A DNA stretch of 64,000 bases from Octopus bimaculoides (lineage: Eukaryota), in assembly GCF_001194135.2 (NCBI RefSeq), contig NC_068986.1, positions 74,782,107 through 74,846,106 on the forward strand, written 5' to 3'. Shown one piece after another: positions 12,448 to 25,229 of this stretch; the stretch's first letter is position 1, and every line of letters begins with the position of its first letter. Under the pieces are notes generated by a model, which saw only the letters and a program-made list of their open reading frames with translations, had not been told where the DNA came from and made no database searches. A program made the translations under genes and the position numbers.

Positions 12448-13707
12448 AAACAATGAATTAAATAGAGAGAGATACAAATGACAATCTAATAATTTATTTA
12501 TAGTATAACATAATATTCTATAAACATAATATAATATAATATTCATTTTAACTTATTGATATAAAAAATGCTGTTTAAAGTAACTAATAATTAAGTGATG
12601 TTAATAATAATAATAATAATGATAATAATAATAAATTGTTTTATTTAACTTACTAACTAAATTTAATGACTACAATAATAATTATTATAGTATTGTATAG
12701 TTTAGAACTTGTATTCTTATTACAACAATATTATTTTGTTACTTATTAAAGAATTAATAAAATTTGGATATATACTATATATAGTCCTTTAATTCAATAA
12801 TAATATTAATTCCATTTATCGAGAACCAATACTCAACCCTTGTTTTGTTTATATTACTTAATTTTTATTTACTGAGTTCGACCTTCACCGATATACGAAT
12901 AATAATCTATATTTAATCTATGGGGTAGTTTTGTGTGGCTTTGTGTAGCTTTGTAATAGTTTTGTGTAGCTTTAAATTTATCTTCATAGTTATTACGGAA
13001 TTCTCCCTACGATAAATTAAGTATACAAAGACATTTTTTAAGTTTCTATTCACATTTATTACGGAATTCTCCATAAATATTATTAGTTACTTTAAACAAC
13101 TTTTATGTATCAATTACTTTAAATGAATTGAAGAGTTATATATTAAAATATAATTATTATATCATTTTACACATTTTATTATAGTTTCTAGATTAAGTAA
13201 GACCCTGATATTTAATTATATGCATACATATAGTTGTATGTTATTATAATAGCAAAAGATTGTCTTAGACATAAATGAGTTTGGATTGATATTATTTGAA
13301 ATACATAGAAATATATTTCGATAGTTGTAGATTCACTTAATTATTTTGTCCGTTATAATTATGCTGTTTTTTTTCAATTTTCAATGTAATTGGTATGTAG
13401 TTGAATGGCTAATGCTCGCGCTCATAGCACATAAGCATTTGTATTAATCTTTTTACAATCCAGCAATTCTTTCACACGGAATTTTGTCTATCTACACACC
13501 AGTTGCCCTGATGAGGCTATATATAAAGGAATTGAATTGTTTATATATCAAAAAATATATATAAGTCGAAATGAATTTGTTGGCTTTTTTTGTCTTTGAA
13601 TAATTGTTTACGTTGTATTATATTATATTCAAGGTATATTATGTTATATTATAATATAAATAAATTATTGGATTGTCATTTGTATCTCTGTATTTAATTT
13701 ATTGTTT
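12448..13707. mobile_element. Non-coding Penelope-like pLTR remnant bounded by ~90-bp inverted repeats
   Basis: 12448-12540 (aaacaatgaattaaatagagagagatacaaatgacaatctaataatttatttata...) is the reverse complement of 13614-13707. The element contains the hammerhead motif and an internal direct repeat TTATTACGGAATTCTCC x2. Very AT-rich, no ORF. Confidence 0.55.
13505..13584 (+). ncRNA. Degenerate type I minimal hammerhead ribozyme (Penelope pLTR type)
   Basis: GCC (13505-07), CTGATGA (13508-14), stem II GGCT...AGTC, GAAA (13568-71), stem III ATGAATTTGT, T at the cleavage position (13581), GGC (13582-84). Reverting three TpG to CpG gives the palindromic stem III ACGAATTCGT and a GUC cleavage triplet. 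Confidence 0.65.
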
Positions 13708-13844
13708 TTCAATGAAATTACATATTTCACGAAGGAGCCTAGAAAATCGGCTTCAAATATTGCAAACGTGAAAAACGATTATACATTTGTTAGTGTCATG
13801 AAACCACAAAGCTGTCTATTTTTAAACCTTACATTTTCTTTAAG

Positions 13845-14092
13845 CTTTTACTTGTTTTCAGACGCTGGTCTGCGGCCAAGCTGTAGCTCCACCCTGAAGG
13901 GTTTAGTCTTGCAAATCAACCCTGTAACTTATTTTGTTAAGTCTGGTACTTATTCTATCAGGTACTATCATTGAACCGCTAGTTTGCGAGAACGTAAACG
14001 AACCAGCACCGTTTGTCAAGTGGTAGTGAGCACGGACGAACACAAAGACGAACAAAGACACGCACTCGCATAGTCACACGTGTGTGCGTATA

Positions 14093-14177
<85 letters not shown>

Positions 14178-14250
14178 AATGAGCTCCCACAGTTGTGGAC
14201 CTGAGCCTAAAATAGCATGGTTGCAAAGCGTGCTCGTTAACTACACAACC
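13845..14250 (-). mobile_element. SINE family A, diverged copy
   Basis: Reverse complement of the family A tail (ttttacttgttttcag...ccagcaccgtttgtcaagtggt), then (TG)n, then a degenerate head. Confidence 0.75.
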
Positions 14251-16706
14251 ATTTTGAATATTTCGTATTTTTATGCCTACAGAATGCACACAGAAGATCA
14301 GAAATCTTAAACATGTACAAGCACACTGTCATGCACACATACCTACTCGCGCGCACACACACACACAAACACACACACACAACTTAAACAACAACAACAA
14401 GGAAATAAACACAAAATACACATACAAAATAGTGGGTGTGTTTTTATCCAATTTTTATGCTTCCCAGAGTGAAAATAACGTTTAAAATTTAGATTTCAGT
14501 GTTAGACAGCAAGAACTGTCAAACAGTTAACGTGAATTAATCCGCATAGTTCATACTTTAACAGACTACAGTAATTTCTAGATGTGTTATGTCTCTCTTT
14601 CCCCCTCTAGAGAATTCGCCACTAGTTTAATTTTTCTGCACGTTTATATATTTATCCAAAGAGAATAACAGAACGTTTGTGCTTTTTTCTAACAATCTTG
14701 AATTGATATTAAAACAATGGGGGCTAATATTCATCGTGAGAAATTATCAACAGCCACTTTCTCCCATTCCAAGGAGGCTGATGTTGATGCTGATAACCAT
14801 GTCTTGGAGTCTTCACAAAAATATTTTTTCTAAGTTTTCTTTCTCCTGAAACCACGGTACGAAGTTTTCAGGATATCATACATACATATATGATGGTTTC
14901 TACCCTGTAGACAAGCATGATCATTGCTGATACGTAATATAATATGATATATCAATGAAATCAAACCAAATATTTTGAAGGCATTTAATACGCACGTTTC
15001 AGAACATTATGTAATGGAAAATGGGAAATTCATCCCTTACGCAAGATCTTCCTCTATTAATGCATTTCAAAATTTTGAAATGTATTAACTGAGGAAAGTA
15101 ATAAATATCAATAGTTGATTACACTTCATTATCATATTTTGTTCGAGTAGATGCCAGTACAAACTACACCGGCAATGTAGCAAGGTTCAATTTGCAAAAG
15201 TGAGCAGTCGTAGCAGCGGAAACATGTGTAGGTCATTATAATATGCTGTATACAACTTTAAAATAAATTTATGAATGTACAAGTCTCCACAAGTCTTTAT
15301 TATTATTAATTGTAGAAGATTATGTTTATTATTAATTGTACAAGTCTTTATTATTATTAATATTGTGTGTGTGTATCTTCGAGGCAGCATAATTCAGTGT
15401 CGTTATATACAAATGGACATGAGAAAATACAAGAGTTCCCAGACTTAGTTATAGGGAAAAAAATAGACAAAGACAAATGACAGTAACTTTTGGCGCCAGT
15501 TCCTCATGAATAATTGGTGTTTCCACACCAGTGAATCAATTAATTGAACAATGAAACAAATAGCATAGCTTCGGTCATTTATTATCTCTCTATTTCTGAT
15601 ATAAGTTCCTTAGGAAAGCAATAACTACATAACCATCTCGTTATAATTTTATCGTCGCTAATTTCTTTATAAATAAAATGCTTCAAACAATACTTATGAG
15701 AAGATATACTATAAAGTTAAGATGTTAATTACTTCCGGTTAACTAGGACGGTTCAGGAGCTACTTCCAGTATACTCTAGTTAAAGCACAATTCAGAAATA
15801 CACGCAAGCGTACATATATACGCTGAGTTACACACTTATATACATCCATATATGAATTATGATTATTGGGCGAAGTCGCATCCTCCCCCATTCCTTCATA
15901 CGTATCTGCTATACATGTATGTTTGTGAATGTATGTACGTATGTATGTATGCACACACATATATATATACACACATATATACTTATATACACATATACAC
16001 ACAAAGACATACATTCATATGTGCCTCAGCGACATCATTGTCAACTGAGTTTTGTAATACTCTCTGTCTCAAAATTAAGACGTGGCAGACAGAGAAATCT
16101 GGAATAAAATATAAAATAAAAGACAATAACAAATAATGATGATCGCATTGCGACTGATCGATGAAAATAATAATTGTGGAATATAAAACCTAAAACTAAT
16201 CAGACGCCTAGTTAAAACATAAAGGAGCTGATATTGTTGCTTGAGGTCACCAAAATATAAACATGCCTTGTTGTTAAAAGCATTCTAAGATGCGTTAGAA
16301 AGAAGACATCTATCGAACATTAACGAAGTGTTACAATTCAAGTGCTCAGTACTCACCTTCAATATTGTATGATGATTATTACAGTAACAGAATATAAACC
16401 AAACAATTTGAAAGTATTGTTGAATCATTATACATTTGTTACAGGTGATCGCCATATACGGAAAACAGATATCTACAGAACTTGACAAGAAAGACCAACA
16501 GGGCGAGTGGTCTCCAAAACAAGACAAACGGAGCATTAAAATTTCATTTTATATATATATCTGTTTCTGTATATGTATGTATGGTTATATATATAATATA
16601 TATGTGTGTGTATGTATGCATGTATGAAATATATTTTACAACTAAATGTGGTGGTCTTATAGAGGACATATTATTATTATTAATAGCAAGCATCAAATAA
16701 CCATTA

Positions 16707-16956
16707 ATTTATAATCAGGGTACGAGATAGAGCACAGCATTGCTAGAAATAAGAGTCAAAACTGCTCAAAACTACAGTTATCACTAATACACGCAAGTGG
16801 ATTCGAGGAAAAACGAATAAAAATAAAAGCCGGCTTTTATATTTACTCATTTTTCCTCGAATTCACTAGCGTGTATTAGTGATAACTGCGGTTTTGAGCA
16901 GTTTTGACTCATATTTCTAGCAATGCTGTACTCTATCTCATACCCTAATTATAAAT
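16707..16956. repeat. 250-bp spacerless palindrome (MITE-like fold-back)
   Basis: Symmetry centre AAAAGCC|GGCTTTT at 16831/16832. Manual alignment of the two 125-bp arms shows no indels and 11 mismatches (~91% identity). Confidence 0.9.
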
Positions 16957-19770
16957 ATCCATATATNNNNNNNNNNNNNNNNNNNNNNNNNNNNNNNNNN
17001 NNNNNNNNNNNNNNNNNNNNNNNNNNNNNNNNNNNNNNNNNNNNNNNNNNNNNNNNNNNNNNNNNNNNNNNNNNNNNNNNNNNNNNNNNNNNNNNNNNNN
17101 NNNNNNNNNNNNNNNNNNNNNNNNNNNNNNNNNNNNNNNNNNNNNNNNNNNNNNNNNNNNNNNNNNNNNNNNNNNNNNNNNNNNNNNNNNNNNNNNNNNN
17201 NNNNNNNNNNNNNNNNNNNNNNNNNNNNNNNNNNNNNNNNNNNNNNNNNNNNNNNNNNNNNNNNNNNNNNNNNNNNNNNNNNNNNNNNNNNNNNNNNNNN
17301 NNNNNNNNNNNNNNNNNNNNNNNNNNNNNNNNNNNNNNNNNNNNNNNNNNNNNNNNNNNNNNNNNNNNNNNNNNNNNNNNNNNNNNNNNNNNNNNNNNNN
17401 NNNNNNNNNNNNNNNNNNNNNNNNNNNNNNNNNNNNNNNNNNNNNNNNNNNNNNNNNNNNNNNNNNNNNNNNNNNNNNNNNNNNNNNNNNNNNNNNNNNN
17501 NNNNNNNNNNNNNNNNNNNNNNNNNNNNNNNNNNNNNNNNNNNNNNNNNNNNNNNNNNNNNNNNNNNNNNNNNNNNNNNNNNNNNNNNNNNNNNNNNNNN
17601 NNNNNNNNNNNNNNNNNNNNNNNNNNNNNNNNNNNNNNNNNNNNNNNNNNNNNNNNNNNNNNNNNNNNNNNNNNNNNNNNNNNNNNNNNNNNNNNNNNNN
17701 NNNNNNNNNNNNNNNNNNNNNNNNNNNNNNNNNNNNNNNNNNNNNNNNNNNNNNNNNNNNNNNNNNNNNNNNNNNNNNNNNNNNNNNNNNNNNNNNNNNN
17801 NNNNNNNNNNNNNNNNNNNNNNNNNNNNNNNNNNNNNNNNNNNNNNNNNNNNNNNNNNNNNNNNNNNNNNNNNNNNNNNNNNNNNNACACACATATGTCA
17901 TTTATCTTTTGCTTGTTTCAAACATCAGATTGCAGACATGCTGGAGCTTCTTTCAGTTTTCGTCTATCAAATTCACTCACAAGGCCTTGATGGTTGTGTA
18001 AGAAAGCGAATGGAATAGTAGTGGAAGAATGAATGTGGTGTGTTAGAGGAGAAAATTTCAAAGATGGAACTTCTTTGAACTTCTCAACTTTAACATCTCA
18101 AATGCAAGATCTCTTCCCTAAAGTCGGAGGCTCGTCTCATTCTATGATGGAATCAATCTACAAACACTGTTATGGACTGCTGAGCCCCCAGAAACAGCTG
18201 TTGGATTTGTAATTCTTTCCCTTAGCCCTTTTAATTCTCTATATCATTTGTACTCTGTGAAAGTTGGATCTTTTTTATGTGTATATATGAAATACAGTTT
18301 TTGTATTTCATGTATTTAATACACTGATCTGTCTAATTTGCTTATTCCTACGTTTACTTCTATAGCCGCTCAAATTTAAATGTCTTGAGCACTACGAAGT
18401 GTATACTATACGGAGAATATCTGGATCACATCTATGAACTATATATATATATAAATGTTATAAAGAGGACAACAAACATTAAGGCAAGGCAAATATCTCA
18501 AGTCATATATTATTATTGTTGGAAAAAAAAAATCAAAGTCTTACAGCTGTTTCTAGGATATCCCAGAGTATGGGATATTCTGTCATAATGTACGTTTGCT
18601 TTGCCTTAACGTTTGCTGTCCTCTTTAACAACTATATATACGCTATATCTCAAATCTGCAATGGTTCCATAACNNNNNNNNNNNNNNNNNNNNNNNNNNN
18701 NNNNNNNNNNNNNNNNNNNNNNNNNNNNNNNNNNNNNNNNNNNNNNNNNNNNNNNNNNNNNNNNNNNNNNNNNNNNNNNNNNNNNNNNNNNNNNNNNNNN
18801 NNNNNNNNNNNNNNNNNNNNNNNNNNNNNNNNNNNNNNNNNNNNNNNNNNNNNNNNNNNNNNNNNNNNNNNNNNNNNNNNNNNNNNNNNNNNNNNNNNNN
18901 NNNNNNNNNNNNNNNNNNNNNNNNNNNNNNNNNNNNNNNNNNNNNNNNNNNNNNNNNNNNNNNNNNNNNNNNNNNNNNNNNNNNNNNNNNNNNNNNNNNN
19001 NNNNNNNNNNNNNNNNNNNNNNNNNNNNNNNNNNNNNNNNNNNNNNNNNNNNNNNNNNNNNNNNNNNNNNNNNNNNNNNNNNNNNNNNNNNTATATATGT
19101 TTTTATATCATCAATAAATTCATAAAATTATTAATAATATTCACAGGAAATCAATATCCAAATTTCCGAAAGATATATGTTTAATGTGACACAGTAATAT
19201 TTTGAATTATAATTAAATTAAAATTTAAGATGTACAAAATATAAATATATATAAAAAATATAAATGTACATAAAAATGCATGCGTATATAAATGTATATA
19301 AAAATGTATGCGTAATTGAGTATGAATATTACACACGTATTTTCACATTCATGCACATACATATATACATATATATACATTTTCAAAGCCATACACACGC
19401 ATACATGCTTTTAGACCTCGAGAATAAACGTGCATCGGTCACCGACTATGAGCATAGTTGTATGCGGTTTCAAAAGACAAGGCTTAGAACCTATATCTGC
19501 ATATAGAAATAGTTTGGTGAGATGTATATAAAGCGTGAACCAGTTTTTATATACAAATCATGCCTCCCATATGTGAGAAAATCTCTTAAAAGTTAGGCAG
19601 AATTTCTTTGATCTGTTGTGAATGTAGATAAATATGATTATTATTATTTACAGAATTGTCACTCGTCACCGCTCCTCAATTTATCGCACAAAAACGCACA
19701 TGCATGTTTGTTTTACAAAAAACAAGACGACGAAATTATAGTTTTTAAATCTAACGGGAGGGAGTGAGTG

Positions 19771-19841
19771 TGTACGTTGGTGTAATGGTTAACACACTTA
19801 CGCGAAAATTAGATGTGTGGTTTCGAGTGCCATGCGTACGA
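19771..19841 (+). pseudogene. tRNA-like cloverleaf (tRNA pseudogene or SINE head); anticodon unassignable
   Basis: Acceptor stem TGTACGT/GCGTACG (2 G-T pairs). D-arm GTGT-AATGGTTA-ACAC with a perfect 4-bp stem. T-arm GTGGT-TTCGAGT-GCCAT. Anticodon arm CTTACGCGAAAATTAG is poorly paired. Confidence 0.5.
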
Positions 19842-20129
19842 AAAAGCCACGATTTTCCGTGGAGGGCTTAAATGCTGCAATATCAGGCTATTTTCTTTAA
19901 TCAATACATGGTGATCGCTTGAGCCTTATGCATATAATTATTATTTACAGAATACATAAGCTTGTGTTTGTATAAATACGCATGAGTGTACCACGTAAAT
20001 GCGCACACAAACACACAAATAACTGTATGTAGAGTGTGAGGTAAAAAGAGAAGTGTGTGTGTGTGCGTGTGTGCGTGTGTGTGCATCTGCTGTTCATGTG
20101 TATATAAGTATGCTTGTGTGTGTGTATCA

Positions 20130-20130
<1 letters not shown>

Positions 20131-20210
<80 letters not shown>

Positions 20211-20312
20211 CATTATTATTATCATTTTATGTTTGACTTTTGTTTTGCATTTGTACAAGTTGGATCCAAGTCTCACCCAGAGACCTCAAGAGACAACAAG
20301 TTAGAAGTTCAT
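20131..20312 (-). mobile_element. Probable non-LTR (R4/Dong-type) 3' terminus with (AAT)n tail
   Basis: Minus strand gaacttctaacttgttgtctcttgaggtctctgggtgagacttggatccaacttgtacaaatgcaaaacaaaagtcaaacataaaatg runs directly into ~30 AAT units. Family assignment is from recall. Confidence 0.45.
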
Positions 20313-20470
20313 NNNNNNNNNNNNNNNNNNNNNNNNNNNNNNNNNNNNNNNNNNNNNNNNNNNNNNNNNNNNNNNNNNNNNNNNNNNNNNNNNNNNNNNN
20401 NNNNNNNNNNNNNNNNNNACATAATGGGGAGCTGCCGTTCTTTAATATGTTGGCCTGGTAGTTCTTTGTT

Positions 20471-20535
<65 letters not shown>

Positions 20536-22446
20536 CCAGTAACATTATTTCTGCCTATAAGACTTATAGGACTATGTGTGCTAAAGTGATGGAGCTGATT
20601 GTTGTCAAAGCTACAAAGGAAGGCAGGGGGGATTAGTAAAGAAACATGTCACTCAGTCCCACACCCCTTACAAAAACACACAAGCTCTTGTAATTTTTTT
20701 CACCCACTGACTCATAAATATTTACATTAATGCATTCATGTACATGAACTTTTATAGTGTCGTTTTGTGCACTACTGCTGTTCATCTGTATATAAGTACG
20801 CTTGTTGCGCATATATACATATATATATATATATANNNNNNNNNNNNNNNNNNNNNNNNNNNNNNNNNNNNNNNNNNNNNNNNNNNNNNNNNNNNNNNNN
20901 NNNNNNNNNNNNNNNNNNNNNNNNNNNNNNNNNNNNNNNNNNNNNNNNNNNNNNNNNNNNNNNNNNNNNNNNNNNNNNNNNNNNNNNNNNNNNNNNNNNN
21001 NNNNNNNNNNNNNNNNNNNNNNNNNNNNNNNNNNNNNNNNNNNNNNNNNNNNNNNNNNNNNNNNNNNNNNNNNNNNNNNNNNNNNNNNNNNNNNNNNNNN
21101 NNNNNNNNNNNNNNNNNNNNNNNNNNNNNNNNNNNNNNNNNNNNNNNNNNNNNNNNNNNNNNNNNNNNNNNNNNNNNNNNNNNNNNNNNNNNNNNNNNNN
21201 NNNNNNNNNNNNNNNNNNNNNNNNNNNNNNNNNNNNNNNNNNNNNNNNNNNNNNNNNNNNNNNNNNNNNNNNNNNNNNNNNNNNNNNNNNNNNNNNNNNN
21301 NNNNNNNNNNNNNNNNNNNNNNNNNNNNNNNNNNNNNNNNNNNNNNNNNNNNNNNNNNNNNNNNNNNNNNNNNNNNNNNNNNNNNNNNNNNNNNNNNNNN
21401 NNNNNNNNNNNNNNNNNNNNNNNNNNNNNNNNNNNNNNNNNNNNNNNNNNNNNNNNNNNNNNNNNNNNNNNNNNNNNNNNNNNNNNNNNNNNNNNNNNNN
21501 NNNNNNNNNNNNNNNNNNNNNNNNNNNNNNNNNNNNNNNNNNNNNNNNNNNNACACATATATATACGTAAAAGGAAATGTATGAAAATGTGTTTGTATGA
21601 ATATGTGCCTGCATGTCGATATGAGGTAATGATATGTATGTCTCATTCGTTCTCCATCTTTATACACACACGCACGCACACACACGCACACGCACACACG
21701 TAGATACACACACATACATGTATATACACTCATATACATATACATATACACAGAGAGAGAGAGTGGGAAGAACAAGACTAGGATAGAGGAGCAACTGAAA
21801 GAGAGAAAAAGACTCACTCAGAAACAATCATATAATAAATATATTTACGTTTGAAACACTAGCGACACTCCTTCCCTCTCATTCATCTTTCAACTAAACC
21901 CTTACTCATCCACCGTGCTGTGTTCTGATCGTTGTTTCTTTCACTTTTTTCCCCGATTGTTATGACTATTTTTCCACTAGTGCAAATAAACATAACAGTG
22001 GCTTGAAAAACGCTTACGTTGCAAATTTGGCGGTTTTGGAACGATGTACACATAAATAATAGAACAATGAACAACCAAAAAAATTTAAGAATAAAAAAGA
22101 ATTGAAGGTGAATGAAAACATAAATTGCAAAACCAAAAATCTCATCTTCTGCATTACATTTCCATAATGCAATGTGAATTATATTGGGGTAAACATGAAC
22201 GAAACTAACCAGTCGTGTAAAAACGCATAAACAACAATTTAAACATTCATCTCTTAGAAATGTTCCTAGATATTTGTGCAAATGGAGAATTTAAAATAGT
22301 CCCGTTTTAGAAAATATAAGATGAAAATGTTCAAATACGAAAGGCAAAGGAGGAATACTTCATAAGGATGTTTACCTGCAGGTTTTACCAGAGTGAACAA
22401 AACATGATGAAAGATATTACATCTCTTATTTTATGAATTGGATGTA

Positions 22447-22663
22447 CGAAGGGATGCTGAAAAGTTCCTGGTTTTGGGTAAAAGAAAACATAGGAGAATC
22501 GGTTAATTATGATATTATTCAACATGTTCCCCTCTCAGATTCACACACTTATTGCAGCAGTCCTTCAGTTTTTCTAAGCCCTGTAAAAATACTCAGAAGT
22601 TTGGGACTCCAGCAAGGTTTTTCGTAATACTCTTAAAGCTAAGAACTTTACGGCACCCCCTCG
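22447..22663. mobile_element. Mariner-derived MITE
   Basis: TA|CGAAGGGATGCTGAAAAGTTCC ... AAGAACTTTACGGCACCCCCTCG|CA terminal inverted repeats; 217 bp; same family as 31775-31990 in the opposite orientation. Confidence 0.8.
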
Positions 22664-22940
22664 CAGAGTATTTATACCTGTTCTATCTAATGTGTTCTTT
22701 CAGGTTTAAGATGGTAGGGTTCGATCCAGCGAGGTCTGCGTGTTATTTCTGAAATATAAAGTAAGTGAATTAAATACGAAAGAAGATCGAACAACGGAGA
22801 GTCGAAGAAAAGATTGCACTGCGGTATTTAATTGAATCTACATAGAAAACACAAACATGCATACATGTTTCCTACTTATCTATACATATTTGCTAACGTA
22901 ATGTATATACATCCCCCATTCACACATAAAAACAGACACG

Positions 22941-22997
<57 letters not shown>

Positions 22998-23062
22998 CTT
23001 TCTCTCTCTCTCTTTATATATATATANNNNNNNNNNNNNNNNNNNNNNNNNNNNNNNNNNNN

Positions 23063-23094
<32 letters not shown>

Positions 23095-23299
23095 GTGAAT
23101 ATGTTTGTGTGTACGTGCGTGTGTGTGTATTTGTGTGAGCATGTTTGTGTGTACGTGTGTGTGTTTGTGTGCGTGTGTGCGTGTGTGTGTGTGCGTGTGT
23201 GCGTGTGTGTGTGTGTGTGTATGCGTGTGTGCGCGCGCGCGCTCGTGTGTGTAGGGAAATAGATAAAATAGTACAGCGAAGTTGCCGTAATATGCGGAA

Positions 23300-23870
23300 A
23301 ATCTAATATCTAAGTAATGAGTAGTCCACATTTTTCCCCGTTTCATGGCAGTAGACACGACCTTAAGCCACCTCCTTGATTTCGGGCCAAGAGAAACCGA
23401 TTGCTTTTGCCTCATCCTTCACACATCTTTTCCAGGTCTTCATAGGTCGTCCTACCTTTCTCAATCCTTCAGGTTGCTAGTATAACACTCGTCTTGCAAT
23501 GCTGTTTCGAGACCTCCTTAGAGTGTGACCGATCCAGCTCCATTGATAGGAACTTTATTTAGTTCTATCCTACAGACTTCTCTCTGAGATTTGGTCCACC
23601 TACCAGATTTTGAGGATGTAACACAGACATTTGTTGAGGAAGGTCTACAGATTACTGTTTTTTAGCTTTGGTAACCCCACCAAGTTTCTGAGCCGTAAAG
23701 GAGAAAGGCTTTGACGTTGGAATTGAAGATGCGCGGCTTTGCTTTGAGGGAGAGGAAATGTCTTGGCGGAGCTCTAGACCCTGTCGAAGACTGTTGAAAG
23801 TATATTAGGCCCTGCCACTCCTGGATCTTACAGCCTCCTCAATTCTACCCGTCTCAAAGACGGATGGACA
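23300..23870 (-). mobile_element. RTE-clade LINE C-terminal fragment (decayed)
   Basis: WSWIGHTLRRSRNSIARRVLY*QPEGLRKVGRPMKTWKRCVKDEAKAIGFSWPEIKEVA, the typical RTE W.WIGHTLR...GRP.KTW end; upstream IFNSNVKAFLLYGSET. Confidence 0.85.
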
Positions 23871-23981
23871 AGAGGAGGTGTTTAGGATGTTTAAGAGATA
23901 TTATATATATGTAACAGAAACAAACGTATATACTTACCAACTTACCAACGTTATACTCATCGACATACTACGCACGCGTAC

Positions 23982-24080
<99 letters not shown>

Positions 24081-24126
24081 GTGTACGAGCAAATGTATGC
24101 GTTTAAGATTATAGATGTATATGTGA

Positions 24127-24164
<38 letters not shown>

Positions 24165-24237
24165 AAGGATAAAATCTTTATAAGATTTTATGAAGTCGCC
24201 AGCATATAATAAAACCATACAGGTGACAATTAATACA

Positions 24238-24508
24238 AAATATATAATTATATAAATATAATAAGAAGGGCACCAATGAGTTGCGCCACATGCTAGAAAT
24301 AGACACTAAATGGCCCTAAGAACTACATTATTTATCCCATTAGCACGGGTTGAAAGGGAGGGAAGTGAATAAAGAAGATGTTTTCGCTTTCATCCCGTGC
24401 TAATTAGGTAAATTATGTAGTTCCTAGAGCCATTTGGCGTCTGTTTCTAGCATGTGGCGCTACTCATTAGTGCTCTTATTATAATTATATTTATATAATT
24501 ATATATTA
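24238..24508. repeat. ~270-bp fold-back element
   Basis: Left aatgagttgcgccacatgctagaaatagacactaaatggccctaagaactaca pairs with right tgtagttcctagagccatttggcgtctgtttctagcatgtggcgctactcatt; ~25-nt spacer near 24360-24383. Confidence 0.85.
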
Positions 24509-24769
24509 TATGTGTGCGCGCGTGTGTGTGTGTGTATCTTTGCACAAGCACACTATGACCAAATAGTTAAGACTTCTGTTCGCAACCACGACGACACAGG
24601 ATCGATCACAGAGCATGACATTTTGGGCAAGTGTTATGTTCTGTAGCTTTGGATCAACCCGTGCCTTGCGATCCATAGTGGGTTGTCGGTTATTTTATAG
24701 TAGCCCGTCAAATTGATCGTGCATGCAATTCAAAAGACACATTCCTGTTGCACTATATCACGCTGACTA

Positions 24770-25101
24770 TAAAGTAAAAGTAAAAACGCCCTTCTGTCAT
24801 GAAAGACCATGGGATTGCACCTACAAAGTTCCCTTCCGAGGTACAAATCCGGGCAAGTTTGTTTTATGGAAGACCAGCAGTCGCCCATGCATACAAGTCT
24901 TCCGATGTTATCCAAGGGAAAGGCAAAGGCCGATACAGATTGGCACCAGTGGCGTTGCAACTCATTTCTACAGCCGAGTGAAATGGAGCAACGTGGAATA
25001 AACTATCTTGCTCAAGAACGCAACTCACAGCACGGTCTGAGACTCGAAATCACTACCTTCTGATTGTGAGACCGATACTCTAATCACTGAGCCATGCGCC
25101 C
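24770..25101 (-). mobile_element. SINE family C copy
   Basis: Reverse complement of the 39391-39723 family (catgaaagaccatgggattgcacc...ctctaatcactgagccatgcgcc). Confidence 0.85.
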
Positions 25102-25229
25102 TGATTATGCTTGAGAATTAAGATGCGCGTATCTTAGCCATATTTATATACTAATTCAGTAAGTCAGGACTGCTGTTGATGGAGAAACAACTAAAATCTC
25201 ATGGTCGGAAACAGACCGAGATTTATGTA

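Noticed and set aside
12240-13700. Possible mitochondrial control-region NUMT (extreme AT content)
   Set aside because: No flanking mt-tRNA, rRNA or mitochondrial gene fragments; better explained by the pLTR, ribozyme and inverted repeats.
21883-22281. 132-aa hydrophobic ORF on the minus strand
   Set aside because: Composition reflects T-rich intronic sequence; no motif or convincing start context.
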